Source of the DNA: an uncultured virus (IMG/VR IMGVR_UViG_3300032268_000759)
Lineage: Duplodnaviria > Heunggongvirae > Uroviricota > Caudoviricetes
Direction: 5' to 3' (one strand)
Length of the DNA: 64,000 bases
Virus record (IMG/VR): IMGVR_UViG_3300032268_000759
Span: 32,001 to 96,000 of that record
The position numbers and the translations under genes were made by a program. Below are positions 49,180 to 59,279 of this stretch, piece by piece (within the stretch, counting starts at the first letter, position 1; the number at the start of each line of letters is the position of its first letter). The notes below the pieces were generated by a model. It made no database searches. It was not told where the DNA came from and saw nothing but the letters and a program-made list of their open reading frames with translations.

Positions 49180-50859
49180 ATGAACAACATTCAATCTCTA
49201 TTAGAAGGTGCTAATCCTTGGAAAGCGTTACAAACAGACGCTACCCGATTAGCAAACAAATGGGCTAAAACTGGCCTATTAGAAGGTTTAAAAACCGAAA
49301 CTGACAAAAACAATATGTCAATGATGCTTGAAAATCAAGCAAAACAATTAGTAATGGAATCATCACAAACTGGTGCTGGTACCGCAGGTGCTGCATTTAC
49401 AGCAGGTGTTGGTGAGCAGTGGGCAGGTGTAGCATTACCATTAGTACGTAAGGTATTTGGTCAAATCGCTGCGAAAGAATTCGTTAGTGTTCAACCAATG
49501 AATTTACCTTCAGGTCTAGTGTTCTTCTTAGATTTCCAATATGGAACAACTAAATCTCCATTTAGAGCAGCTGCTGGTGCAGGTTTCTACGGAACTGAAT
49601 CTATGTATGGTAATACCAATCCAGGAGAAACAGCTAATCCTAATGGTGGTTTATATGGTGCTGGTCGTTTCTCGTATTCAATCAACAACACTTCATCATT
49701 CTCATCTGCTACTGTAGCAACAGCTTCATGGTCAGATTTTAACTTTGATTCTAACTACTCAGCTTCAGTAGTTGCGGGTACTGGTACTCCAAACTGGAAA
49801 AAAGTAACTATTACTTTACCATCAAACACAGATTTTAATGGTGTACGTGCATTTACAGTAGTTTCACAATCAGGTTTCCAAGCTGCTGATATTCAAGCTG
49901 CTTACACAACTACAACTGGTACTGTATTCAGTGGTACAACTGGAACTGTTACTTTCTTAGTAACTGGTTCATTAACTGGTCAAGTTGCTACATTAGCAAA
50001 TGTAACTGCTTCATTCCAATTACAACCAACTGATCAATTACGTGGTGATTTTGAAGATGGTAACACTAGCTTAAATGCTACTAACAACCCAATCACAATC
50101 CCTGAAGTAAATGTTAAAATGAAGTCAGAGCCAATTGTTGCTAAGACTCGTAAGTTAAAAGCTGTATGGACTCCTGAGTTTGCACAAGATTTGAACGCTT
50201 ACCATGCATTAGATGCTGAAGCTGAATTAACTTCAATTATGAGTGAGTACATCTCATTAGAGATTGACTTAGAAATCATGGATATGTTGATTGAAAATGC
50301 TTCTGCAGGTACTGAGTACTGGTCAGCAATTAACAACCAACAATTTGATGGTAGTACATTTGTACAACAATCATCTACAACTGGTGGTTTCTACAATACT
50401 CAAGGTGGTTGGTTCCAAACTTTAGGAACTAAATTCCAAAAGTTAAGTAACAAAATCCATCAAAAGACTTTACGCGGTGGCGCTAACTTCTTAGTATGTT
50501 CTCCATCTGTAGCTACAATATTGGAATCAATTCCAGGATTTGCTGCTACTTCAAATGGTGATGCTGCTAAAATGAACTATGCTTTTGGTGTACAGAAAAT
50601 GGGTAGCTTAAACACTCAATACGAAGTTTACAAGAATCCATATATGCTTGAAAGTACCATCTTGATGGGCTTCAAAGGTAAGCAATTCTTGGAAACAGGA
50701 GCGGTATTTGCTCCATACATTCCGTTAATCATGACTCCATTAGTATACGATCCAGATACATTTACTCCACGTAAAGGTCTATTAACTCGTTATGCTAAGA
50801 AAATGGTTCGTCCTGAATTCTACGGTAAAGTATACGTAAGTGGTTTAAGTAGCATCTAA
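49180..50859 (+). CDS. major capsid protein (gp23-like)
   Basis: LPLVRKVF, VQPMNLPSGLVF, KTRKLKAVWTPEFAQDL, FAPYIPL, TRYA. Confidence 0.97.
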   Translation: MNNIQSLLEGANPWKALQTDATRLANKWAKTGLLEGLKTETDKNNMSMMLENQAKQLVMESSQTGAGTAGAAFTAGVGEQWAGVALPLVRKVFGQIAAKEFVSVQPMNLPSGLVFFLDFQYGTTKSPFRAAAGAGFYGTESMYGNTNPGETANPNGGLYGAGRFSYSINNTSSFSSATVATASWSDFNFDSNYSASVVAGTGTPNWKKVTITLPSNTDFNGVRAFTVVSQSGFQAADIQAAYTTTTGTVFSGTTGTVTFLVTGSLTGQVATLANVTASFQLQPTDQLRGDFEDGNTSLNATNNPITIPEVNVKMKSEPIVAKTRKLKAVWTPEFAQDLNAYHALDAEAELTSIMSEYISLEIDLEIMDMLIENASAGTEYWSAINNQQFDGSTFVQQSSTTGGFYNTQGGWFQTLGTKFQKLSNKIHQKTLRGGANFLVCSPSVATILESIPGFAATSNGDAAKMNYAFGVQKMGSLNTQYEVYKNPYMLESTILMGFKGKQFLETGAVFAPYIPLIMTPLVYDPDTFTPRKGLLTRYAKKMVRPEFYGKVYVSGLSSI

Positions 50860-50880
50860 TATTAAATTAACCTAATATAG

Positions 50881-50915
50881 GAAGCCGAGCGAAAGCTCGG
50901 CTTTCTTTGTTTTTA
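50881..50915 (+). terminator. Rho-independent terminator
   Basis: AAGCCGAGC-GAAA-GCTCGGCTT followed by T-rich tract. Confidence 0.9.
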
Positions 50916-50961
50916 TTTATTCAATATTTTATTAATATTTATATCAAATAAATTGTTATAT

Positions 50962-51630
50962 ATGAAGGAACCAAATCGTGAAAGAAAAACTGACATTAAA
51001 GCAATCAATGCTGTTCAATTAAATGAAGAGCAAAAGGAAGCTAAACGTTTAATAGTTGAAAATCAAATTGTTATAGTAACAGGTAGAGCAGGTTCAGGTA
51101 AAAGTTTAGTATGTGCTCAAGCTGCTTTAGATTTCTTAAAGAAAAAACAAATTCAATGTATTTACAATACTCGAGCTGCTATTGAAGTAGGTAAAAGTTT
51201 AGGTTTTCTACCTGGAGCATTAAATGAAAAGTTTGATCCATATATGGAAGCCCTAATTGAAAATTTAAATAAATGTTGTAAAGATAAAGCTGAAGTAGAT
51301 AAACTAATTCAGGATGAAAAAATCAAAGCAATGCCTGTTCAGTTTATTCGTGGTAAAACAGTAGATGATATTTTAATTGTTGAAGAAGCACAAAATCTTA
51401 CTAAAGCAGAAATGTTAGCTATATTAACTCGTTTAGGTAAAACTGGTAAAATTGTTATCAATGGTGATAATGAGCAAACAGATATTAAAACACCTACAGG
51501 TGAAGTAAACGGTTTAACTTACGCTATTGAATTATCAAAGAAGGTTGATGAAGTTAAATGGATTAAATTAAAAGAAAATCACCGTTCTGATTTAGTTGGT
51601 AAAATACTTGACTATGAATATGGAAAATAA
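50962..51630 (+). CDS. phoH: PhoH-like ATPase
   Basis: GRAGSGKS, LGFLPG, FIRGKT, EEAQN, TRLG, GDNEQTD, HRS. Confidence 0.92.
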   Translation: MKEPNRERKTDIKAINAVQLNEEQKEAKRLIVENQIVIVTGRAGSGKSLVCAQAALDFLKKKQIQCIYNTRAAIEVGKSLGFLPGALNEKFDPYMEALIENLNKCCKDKAEVDKLIQDEKIKAMPVQFIRGKTVDDILIVEEAQNLTKAEMLAILTRLGKTGKIVINGDNEQTDIKTPTGEVNGLTYAIELSKKVDEVKWIKLKENHRSDLVGKILDYEYGK

Positions 51631-51658
51631 ATTTACTAAATATTTATAATAAAATACA

Positions 51659-52102
51659 ATGGCTGACTTAACAATATATTTGAATGAAAAAATTACTTTA
51701 GATGGTAATGATAGAGGAGTATTAACTACACAAACAATTTCTGGAATTAACAATATTGATAATAGAATATTAAGTATTCCTACAGGTTCATATACTGGAT
51801 TATTTAAATTTGATCCTAGTAATATTGATGCAGGTGTATTTTTAACAAGTAGTTTTAAATACGGAAGAATAACTAATAAATCATCAATACCAGTACAATT
51901 ACTAGTAAACACAATGAGTGGTTCAATTTCATCATCTATCTCATTTATAGTAAATTCAAGTAGTTCATTTTTATTATCAACTACAGCAGTTACTGGTTCA
52001 AATCCAGGAAATGTTTTTGTATTTAATCAATATATAAATTTAATATCAGTTTTACCTTCAAGTTCATCTGCTGTTGTTGAATATTTTATAGCAACTACTT
52101 AA
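51659..52102 (+). CDS. Ser-rich virion protein (possible decoration protein)
   Basis: After late motif; beta-rich; many [ST]xS motifs. Confidence 0.5.
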   Translation: MADLTIYLNEKITLDGNDRGVLTTQTISGINNIDNRILSIPTGSYTGLFKFDPSNIDAGVFLTSSFKYGRITNKSSIPVQLLVNTMSGSISSSISFIVNSSSSFLLSTTAVTGSNPGNVFVFNQYINLISVLPSSSSAVVEYFIATT

Positions 52103-52114
52103 TAATAATAAATT

Positions 52115-53266
52115 ATGGCAAATATCCCTATATGGCCTGGTACATCATCATTTTCTCCTGGAGATACTCCATTTGGATTTTATGACTATGATGTTTCATT
52201 CCAACAAGAAGCAGATAAAGTAGCTAAGTTTTGTGCTCAACGTTTAGGATATCCTATAATGGAAGTTGAGTTACAAGATATACATTTTTATACAGCATTT
52301 GAAGAAGCAATTACTACCTATGGTAATGAATTATACGCTTTTAAAATTAGACAAGACTATTTATCATTTGAAGGAGCATCGTCAGTAATAAATGTAAATA
52401 ATGCTATAGTAACTCCATCATTTGCTGCTATAATTAGATTATCAGAACAATATGGTGAAGAAGCTGGAACAGGAGGTAATATAGATTGGAATGAAGGCTT
52501 AATACCTCTATCAGCTAGTGTTCAAGATTATGATTTAGGAAAATGGGCTATAGAAAATAACATAACTGGAGGTATTGAAATTAAAAGAGTATTTTATGAA
52601 GCAGTTCCTGCAGTTGTAAGATTTTTTGATCCATATGCTGGTACAGGTATGGGTATGCAACAATTATTAGATAACTTTGGATGGGGTAATTACTCACCTG
52701 CTATTAACTTTTTAATGATGCCTATTAATTATGATCTACAAAAACTTCAAGCAATTGAATTTAATGATCAAATTAGAAAATCTCAATTTAGCTTTGAAAT
52801 TATAAATAATAAATTAAAAATATTTCCTATACCAACACATACAGATAAAAATTTAGTATTTCAGTATGTTATTAAAGAAGATAGATTAAATAATGGTATA
52901 GCTCCAAACACAAGTGGAAATCAGATTTCAAATGTTTCTAATGTTCCATTTACTAACCCAGTATATTCAACAATAAATTCAGTTGGTAAACAATGGATAT
53001 ATGAATATGTTTTAGCAATAAGTAAAGAAATGTTAGGATTAATTAGAGGAAAGTATCAAACTGTACCTATTCCTAATTCTGAAGCTACTTTAAATCATGG
53101 TGATTTATTAACGGATGCTAGAACAGAAAAATTAGCATTAATACAGAGATTAAGAGAATATTTTGATGATACTTCAAGAAATAAATTATTAGAAGCAAGA
53201 TCTCAAGAAGCAGATTATAAACAAAAAGAAATGCAACAAGTACCTTTACCAATTTATATATACTAA
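52115..53266 (+). CDS. neck protein (gp13-like)
   Basis: RLGYPIMEVEL; WIYEYVLAISKEMLGLIRGKY..P...LN. Confidence 0.8.
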   Translation: MANIPIWPGTSSFSPGDTPFGFYDYDVSFQQEADKVAKFCAQRLGYPIMEVELQDIHFYTAFEEAITTYGNELYAFKIRQDYLSFEGASSVINVNNAIVTPSFAAIIRLSEQYGEEAGTGGNIDWNEGLIPLSASVQDYDLGKWAIENNITGGIEIKRVFYEAVPAVVRFFDPYAGTGMGMQQLLDNFGWGNYSPAINFLMMPINYDLQKLQAIEFNDQIRKSQFSFEIINNKLKIFPIPTHTDKNLVFQYVIKEDRLNNGIAPNTSGNQISNVSNVPFTNPVYSTINSVGKQWIYEYVLAISKEMLGLIRGKYQTVPIPNSEATLNHGDLLTDARTEKLALIQRLREYFDDTSRNKLLEARSQEADYKQKEMQQVPLPIYIY

Positions 53267-53775
53267 TGGCAATATTTGGTTCATCAAGAGATATGTCTGT
53301 ATTTAGACATATAAATAGAGAGTTGCTAGGAGATATTATCAATCAGCAAGTTTCTTTTTATAAGTATAAATTAGGTGAAACAATAGTTAATTTGTATGGG
53401 GAAGCCTCTGGTGAAAAGTACTATAATGGTCCTACATTATTTAATTGTTTAATAGATCGTCTTGACCAACAATATGTTGATGCTCCTTATGGTGTGGATT
53501 TAAATTGGCAAATACAAGTTGCATTTTTAAAAGATGATTTAGTTGATGCTAATCTAATCCCAGAAGTAGGTGATATAATACTGTATAACGAAAGTTATTA
53601 TGAAATCAACAATATTATCATGAATCAGTTTTTTGTTGGTAAAGATCCAGATTATCCAAATGAAATTAATCCACTAAATCCAGGACTAAGTAATTTTGGT
53701 TATGATGTATCAACAATAGTAAAAGCTCATTTAGTACCAGGTGATAAAGTTGGTATAACTAAAGAAAGAATGTAA
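53266..53775 (+). CDS. head closure/neck protein (gp14-like)
   Basis: NLYGEA; PEVGDII; position after gp13-like gene. Confidence 0.65.
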   Translation: MAIFGSSRDMSVFRHINRELLGDIINQQVSFYKYKLGETIVNLYGEASGEKYYNGPTLFNCLIDRLDQQYVDAPYGVDLNWQIQVAFLKDDLVDANLIPEVGDIILYNESYYEINNIIMNQFFVGKDPDYPNEINPLNPGLSNFGYDVSTIVKAHLVPGDKVGITKERM

Positions 53776-55085
53776 TGGCAAACGGAAGAAAACCTATACC
53801 TAAATCTCAAAGAAAGATCTCAGAAGATCTTCAAACCCCACTTTCAGAAGGGGGTGCCGGGTTCCAGCCTATAGGAAATCCTAATGATAATAACATATTA
53901 AATAATCCGAATGAACAGGCTACCGGTCTCGAACATAATCGTGCGTTAAAGTACAGTTTCTCAGGTGATACCATCAAACCATTTACTGTAGGTATTGAAG
54001 ATATTGATAATGCTGTGTTTTTCTATTTTCAAAATGTTATTCAACCCTACGTAGTACAAAATAGTCAAAGAATAGAAGTTCCAGTAATATATGGTTCACC
54101 AGAAAGATGGAAATCAGTTCAAAAAGATGGCTATTATAGAGATAAATTAAATAAAGTAATGTTACCTCTTATAATGATTAAGAGAAATGATATTACTAAA
54201 AATAGAAGTATAGGAAATAAATTAGATGCTAACCAACCTAATTTATATGTTAGTTTTAAAAAACAGTATTCATCAAGAAATTTCTATGGTAATTTTGCTG
54301 TATTAAACAATCGTATACCTGAAACTGAATATTATGCTAATGTAGTTCCAGATTATGTTACTGTAACATATGAATGTATGGTAATGACTTACTATATGGA
54401 TCAAATGAATAAAATTGTAGAAGCAATTAATTATGCATCTGATTCATATTGGGGTGATCCAAGCCGTTTTAAATTTAAAGCAGCTATTGATTCAATCAAT
54501 ACTGTAACAGAATTATCAACAGATCAAGATCGTGTTGTTAGAAGTACATTTCAAATAAAATTAAATGGATATATAATACCTGATGTTGTTCAAAAAGATG
54601 CTAGTGCATTAAAAAAATTACCATCTTTATCTAAAGTAACATTCACTATGGAAACAGATTCGTCAGCTGAAACATTTGGTATTTCTACTAAAGTACAACC
54701 AATGAAGAAAATTGCTGCTACATTCTTTGATAATGTAACTGTAGTAAATAATGGTAGTAGTGGAGGTGGAACATCTCAAGAAGTATTAGATTACTTAGCA
54801 TTAAATAATGTTGAAATAGGAAATTCATCAACAATAACAAATAATGGAACTATTTCAACAGTGACTTTCTTAAATTCATCTATAGAAGCATCACCAGGCT
54901 CATTACCATCAACAACATTATCACAGTTTTCATTTTATATAAATGGACAATATGTAGAACATAGTGCTATATCTTCATTTGTAAACTCAGGTAGTAATAC
55001 AATTTTAACATTAAATAATGCTTCTTTAGGATTTGGATTAGATACAACAATGGAAGTAGTAGCTTCAGGTAAATTTAGTAATTAA
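53775..55085 (+). CDS. tail terminator/sheath stabiliser (gp15-like) with C-terminal extension
   Basis: VPVIYGSPERW, LPLIMI, QMNKIVE. Confidence 0.7.
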   Translation: MANGRKPIPKSQRKISEDLQTPLSEGGAGFQPIGNPNDNNILNNPNEQATGLEHNRALKYSFSGDTIKPFTVGIEDIDNAVFFYFQNVIQPYVVQNSQRIEVPVIYGSPERWKSVQKDGYYRDKLNKVMLPLIMIKRNDITKNRSIGNKLDANQPNLYVSFKKQYSSRNFYGNFAVLNNRIPETEYYANVVPDYVTVTYECMVMTYYMDQMNKIVEAINYASDSYWGDPSRFKFKAAIDSINTVTELSTDQDRVVRSTFQIKLNGYIIPDVVQKDASALKKLPSLSKVTFTMETDSSAETFGISTKVQPMKKIAATFFDNVTVVNNGSSGGGTSQEVLDYLALNNVEIGNSSTITNNGTISTVTFLNSSIEASPGSLPSTTLSQFSFYINGQYVEHSAISSFVNSGSNTILTLNNASLGFGLDTTMEVVASGKFSN

Positions 55086-55468
55086 TGGCATTAATAAATA
55101 GTAATCAAATATTATACCCATTATCAGGTTCATTTAGTGGTTCATTTAATGGAGATGGTAGTGGCTTAACTAATCTATCAGTTAGTGGTAATAGAATATC
55201 ATCAGGTAGTGTTAGTGCTAGTGTTAGTCCTATTGGTGATTTATTTTTAGTTAAATCAGCTAGTGCTGAATTTTTAAAAGTTACATCTACCACCACTACA
55301 ATTACTAATAATATATTCTTAATTAAGAATAGCGCAAATCAAACTGTATTTACTGTGAGTGAAAGTATAGTATATTTAGCCACACAATCTGCATTTTTAA
55401 CTGGTTCAGCTGTAGTAGGTGGGATATATTTTACTTCATCTTCATTTTATGTAAGTCTAGAAAATTAA
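55085..55468 (+). CDS. short fibre-like virion protein
   Basis: SGSFSGSFNGDGSGLTNL fibre motif. Confidence 0.55.
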   Translation: MALINSNQILYPLSGSFSGSFNGDGSGLTNLSVSGNRISSGSVSASVSPIGDLFLVKSASAEFLKVTSTTTTITNNIFLIKNSANQTVFTVSESIVYLATQSAFLTGSAVVGGIYFTSSSFYVSLEN

Positions 55469-55499
55469 ATATTTATAATAAACAATAAAATAATATACA

Positions 55500-57542
55500 A
55501 TGGCAGAATGGAAAAAAGTCGTAGTCTCAGGATCTGTAGCAGAGTTACAAAATCATTTTAATGGTGAACCAACAGTAAATCCATGGTCATCAGGACTTGA
55601 TGGTAGTTACTTTAGTACATTTTCACCTACTACATATACTTCAGATGTATTAAGATTTATAGCTGGATTATTAAGTTCATCAGCTCCTGCTCCAACACCT
55701 AATACAAGAACATTCGCTAGTATTAGTGAAACTATTACAAATAGTGGCACTGGAACTGCTCCAGCTGGTTATATACCTCAAAATCATACTGATACTGATG
55801 TAACTTATTTAATTAATCAAGGATTTGCATCAACTGGTAGTCCATTATTTTCTGGAAAAACTATATATAATAATTCAAGTTATAATATTGTTTATAGTAG
55901 TGTTGCTGGTGGATCTACAACAGTATCTTCATCTGCAGATGCTCAATTATTTGGATTAGGAACTTTATCTAGTGTTCCTTTCCGTGTATCTGGAGCCATC
56001 AATTGGTTTTACTCAGATAATAATAGTGAAACATCAACAGCCACATCTCAATCACAAAATTTATTAACATTAGCTGTAACTGGCTCTTCAGGTGGATTAA
56101 CATTAGGTAAAATAAATACAGCTAATCCATTAGTTATACCTCCAGCTTTCCAAGATGGTAAATTTGCTAGTGTATTTAGCTCAGGTTTATTTAATAATGG
56201 AAGATCATTTACTAGTGTAAGTTCATCAGGTTGGTATCATGTATCAGCATCTATTAAAATAAATAGTGGTTCATCAGCTTATACAACAGATAGTACAATT
56301 TCAGAAAGAATATTTTGGGCACCAACAACTACTATTGATAGTAATATAGGTAGTAACTCATTATCATATACAGGTGGTGTAACTGCTTCATTAACAGCAA
56401 CATCTCGCTCATTAAGTGGTGCTCCATATTTACAAACTGCTACTTGGTCTCAAACATCAACAGCAAGTGGATTTTTTGCTCCATTATATGCTTCAAGTAC
56501 AACAATATCTGACCTAAACACAGCTAATTCTTTAGTAACATTAGGTGGTATAACAGCAGCATCAACAAATGGTGGTACAGTACAAACTGCAAATGCAATA
56601 TTTGACTCAACAGGAGTAACAGCTAGAGCAACAACTACTGTACCTTTTATTAATGATATAGTTAAACTAAGTGGTAGTGTATCCTTTGATGCTGGCTCAG
56701 GTGGATCTACAAATATACAACAGGTTAGTTCTTTATCTACATCTACATTTACAGTATTAACAAGAGGTAGAGACAGAAATAGTTCTCAATCTACATTAAA
56801 TACTCAAACATATCTATTCCACTCAGCAAGTACATTCGGACAACCATTACTTTCAGGCTCATTAGGTTATTATGGTAGAGCACAAGCCTATGATGCTGGA
56901 ACATTAACAGGAGGTTCAGAAACATTTGTTGGTGAAAACTTTAGATTAAAAATTAATAATGACTCATTATCAGGTTCATATACATCAGGTACTAAATGGA
57001 CTACAGGTTCATATGATGCCTATAGTTTAGGAGCTTTAGATTTACAGGTTAAACCTGGGTATTTAGCAAGACCAGGTGGTTCATATGGATATTGGTTAGC
57101 TGACCCTGATAGTGGTAAAACATACAAATATTATGCTAGAGCATTTAAACGTGATTTAGGAACAGCAGCTACTTCAATGACTATAAATGTTGGTAAAACA
57201 TTAGTTGCTTGGGATTCAGTTTCATCTGGCACATCAGTAGCTTTAATATTTGCTAGTTCAGGTGTTAATTTATATGCTACTCCTAGAATTTATGATCCTT
57301 CAGCTACTACATCTAACTTAATATCAGCTAGTATCACTAATGATGATTTTAAAAATCCTTTTACAAGAAATACAGCTTTATATGGTAATACAGGTGGTAG
57401 TGTAGCTTCAACAACATATACTGTTCCTTTAAGAGCAGCAGATGGTATGACATTAGATACTACATATAGAGATTTAATAGTATTAGTAAGATATAGTGGA
57501 GACCAAATTCCAGTAACAAGCATATCAGTAACATATTCATAA
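55500..57542 (+). CDS. Ser/Thr-rich fibre or appendage protein
   Basis: N-terminal MAEWKKVVVSGS shared with 59280. Confidence 0.55.
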   Translation: MAEWKKVVVSGSVAELQNHFNGEPTVNPWSSGLDGSYFSTFSPTTYTSDVLRFIAGLLSSSAPAPTPNTRTFASISETITNSGTGTAPAGYIPQNHTDTDVTYLINQGFASTGSPLFSGKTIYNNSSYNIVYSSVAGGSTTVSSSADAQLFGLGTLSSVPFRVSGAINWFYSDNNSETSTATSQSQNLLTLAVTGSSGGLTLGKINTANPLVIPPAFQDGKFASVFSSGLFNNGRSFTSVSSSGWYHVSASIKINSGSSAYTTDSTISERIFWAPTTTIDSNIGSNSLSYTGGVTASLTATSRSLSGAPYLQTATWSQTSTASGFFAPLYASSTTISDLNTANSLVTLGGITAASTNGGTVQTANAIFDSTGVTARATTTVPFINDIVKLSGSVSFDAGSGGSTNIQQVSSLSTSTFTVLTRGRDRNSSQSTLNTQTYLFHSASTFGQPLLSGSLGYYGRAQAYDAGTLTGGSETFVGENFRLKINNDSLSGSYTSGTKWTTGSYDAYSLGALDLQVKPGYLARPGGSYGYWLADPDSGKTYKYYARAFKRDLGTAATSMTINVGKTLVAWDSVSSGTSVALIFASSGVNLYATPRIYDPSATTSNLISASITNDDFKNPFTRNTALYGNTGGSVASTTYTVPLRAADGMTLDTTYRDLIVLVRYSGDQIPVTSISVTYS

Positions 57543-57556
57543 TATAGTATAACAAC

Positions 57557-58714
57557 ATGGCAATTGATAAAACAATAAAATCTAATAGGTTACTACAGAG
57601 TAGAAGATATACTCAAGCTGCTTTAACAGATGCTCAAGAGGCATTTACCAGTGTATTAGATATAAATTCTAAAGAAATATATGCTCAGGTTAATTTATTG
57701 CCTACTGCTAGTTTACCGTTTTCTGGTTCAAGTCAAAGTGGAAGTATATATGCTACTGGAGGACAAAACTTATTAAAATATTGGTATCAACATACATTAA
57801 CACCTTCAAATGTTGTTAGTGCTTCATTAGTTGATGCTTGGTTTTTTATTGATCCTTCTGGTTCATCTATTACACCTCAAATTATTCAATCAGGCCAACA
57901 AACAAATTTTATATCAAATAAATATGCTGACCCATCATTAACAAATGCTGATGCTCAAGATAATCCTCCAGGTTATAATGTTGTTGTATTGGTTGATAAT
58001 GTTAAACAAAACTCAGCAAATTATCAATTTGATTATAAAGATGGTGTTTTACAATTTAATGCTTCAGCTCCAACCCCATCACAAGTAGTTAAAGTTACTG
58101 CTTATCAATATATTGGCCAAACATTAGATACAGTTTTATCTAATTTTAGTGCTTCTATTGCTAATATTAGTGGGTCAGGTGGTAGTAGTTTAAGTGGCAA
58201 TATGATAGCTACTGGTTCAATAACAGCATCAGTTTCACTTAACTCTCCAATTGCTTTTAATATAACAAGTGCTTCAATATCATTACTAAGTATAAGCACA
58301 GCTAGTATGGTAACAGTTACTGATTTAACTGTTAGTAATAATTTAATAGTAGCAGGTACAGCTTCATTTACAAATGTTGATAACTTAACTGTTAAAGATA
58401 AGTTTATTTTAATAAACAGTGGCTCTTCAGTATTAGCAGATTCAGGTTTAATCACTCAATATAATGCTGCTGGCTCAGGTTCAGCATTTTATTTAGAAGC
58501 AGGAACAGCAGGTGATACAGGAACATATGGTCGTTTTGCTGTAGCATATGATGTTATAGGAACTGCTCAAGCATTAACAGTAGATGAATTTGTAGTAACA
58601 GCTAAAAAAGCATCAGGTGTACCTCCAGCAACTCCAACATGGGGTGGTACTACTAATGGATTTGGTAATATGTATGTCAATAGTGACAATGGTGAAATTT
58701 ACATTTATTCTTAA
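57557..58714 (+). CDS. fibre-associated virion protein
   Basis: FDYKDGVLQF; NLIVAGT..NLTVKDKFILIN fibre motif. Confidence 0.55.
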   Translation: MAIDKTIKSNRLLQSRRYTQAALTDAQEAFTSVLDINSKEIYAQVNLLPTASLPFSGSSQSGSIYATGGQNLLKYWYQHTLTPSNVVSASLVDAWFFIDPSGSSITPQIIQSGQQTNFISNKYADPSLTNADAQDNPPGYNVVVLVDNVKQNSANYQFDYKDGVLQFNASAPTPSQVVKVTAYQYIGQTLDTVLSNFSASIANISGSGGSSLSGNMIATGSITASVSLNSPIAFNITSASISLLSISTASMVTVTDLTVSNNLIVAGTASFTNVDNLTVKDKFILINSGSSVLADSGLITQYNAAGSGSAFYLEAGTAGDTGTYGRFAVAYDVIGTAQALTVDEFVVTAKKASGVPPATPTWGGTTNGFGNMYVNSDNGEIYIYS

Positions 58715-58733
58715 AAAAATATATAATATAGTT

Positions 58734-58949
58734 ATGGCATTTACAGCAAACAATGTACAAACATTAAATAATAGTGTACAAACATCAAACATTGATACAA
58801 CTCCTCTACTTCCAATGCAATTAAATGCGAAGGAATTAGAGGTTTTACTTTCTTTAATAAAAGCTTCAACATTCCTTGGAGAAGACGTAGAAGCTATTTA
58901 TAATATGGTTATTAAATTACAAAACCAATATTTAGAACAAACCAAATAA
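58734..58949 (+). CDS. small helical protein (possible fibre chaperone)
   Basis: ATG at 58734; similar to next ORF. Confidence 0.5.
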   Translation: MAFTANNVQTLNNSVQTSNIDTTPLLPMQLNAKELEVLLSLIKASTFLGEDVEAIYNMVIKLQNQYLEQTK

Positions 58950-58956
58950 TTAAGTT

Positions 58957-59178
58957 ATGGACATATTTTCAATAGATTTTAATCTGAATGAATTAAATTT
59001 CATTCGTCAATCCCTTGAGACAGTAACAATCCAAGGTAAAGATGCTAAATTTTTAGCTAGTCTTCAAATAAAACTAGAGCATGAATTATCAGAAATTCAG
59101 CGTTTAAAACAAGAAGAAGAACAGAAAAAAATGTTAGCATTATCTGAAACAATATCAAAGGCTACATCTAAGAAATAA
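58957..59178 (+). CDS. small helical protein (possible fibre chaperone)
   Basis: ELNFIRQSLETVTIQGKDA resembles ELEVLLSLIKASTFLGEDV. Confidence 0.5.
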   Translation: MDIFSIDFNLNELNFIRQSLETVTIQGKDAKFLASLQIKLEHELSEIQRLKQEEEQKKMLALSETISKATSKK

Positions 59179-59279
59179 TATCTATATATTTATTGTAGAC
59201 CATTGGCCCTTATAAGGGAAGTAGGCTCACGCACGGCATAAGTGTATGTATCTAACCATGGTTTAATCATAAAAATAGT

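Noticed and set aside
5524-59194. TATAAATA T4 late promoters driving minus-strand genes
   Set aside because: No credible minus-strand genes; sites sit just upstream of + strand starts, though antisense transcription is not excluded
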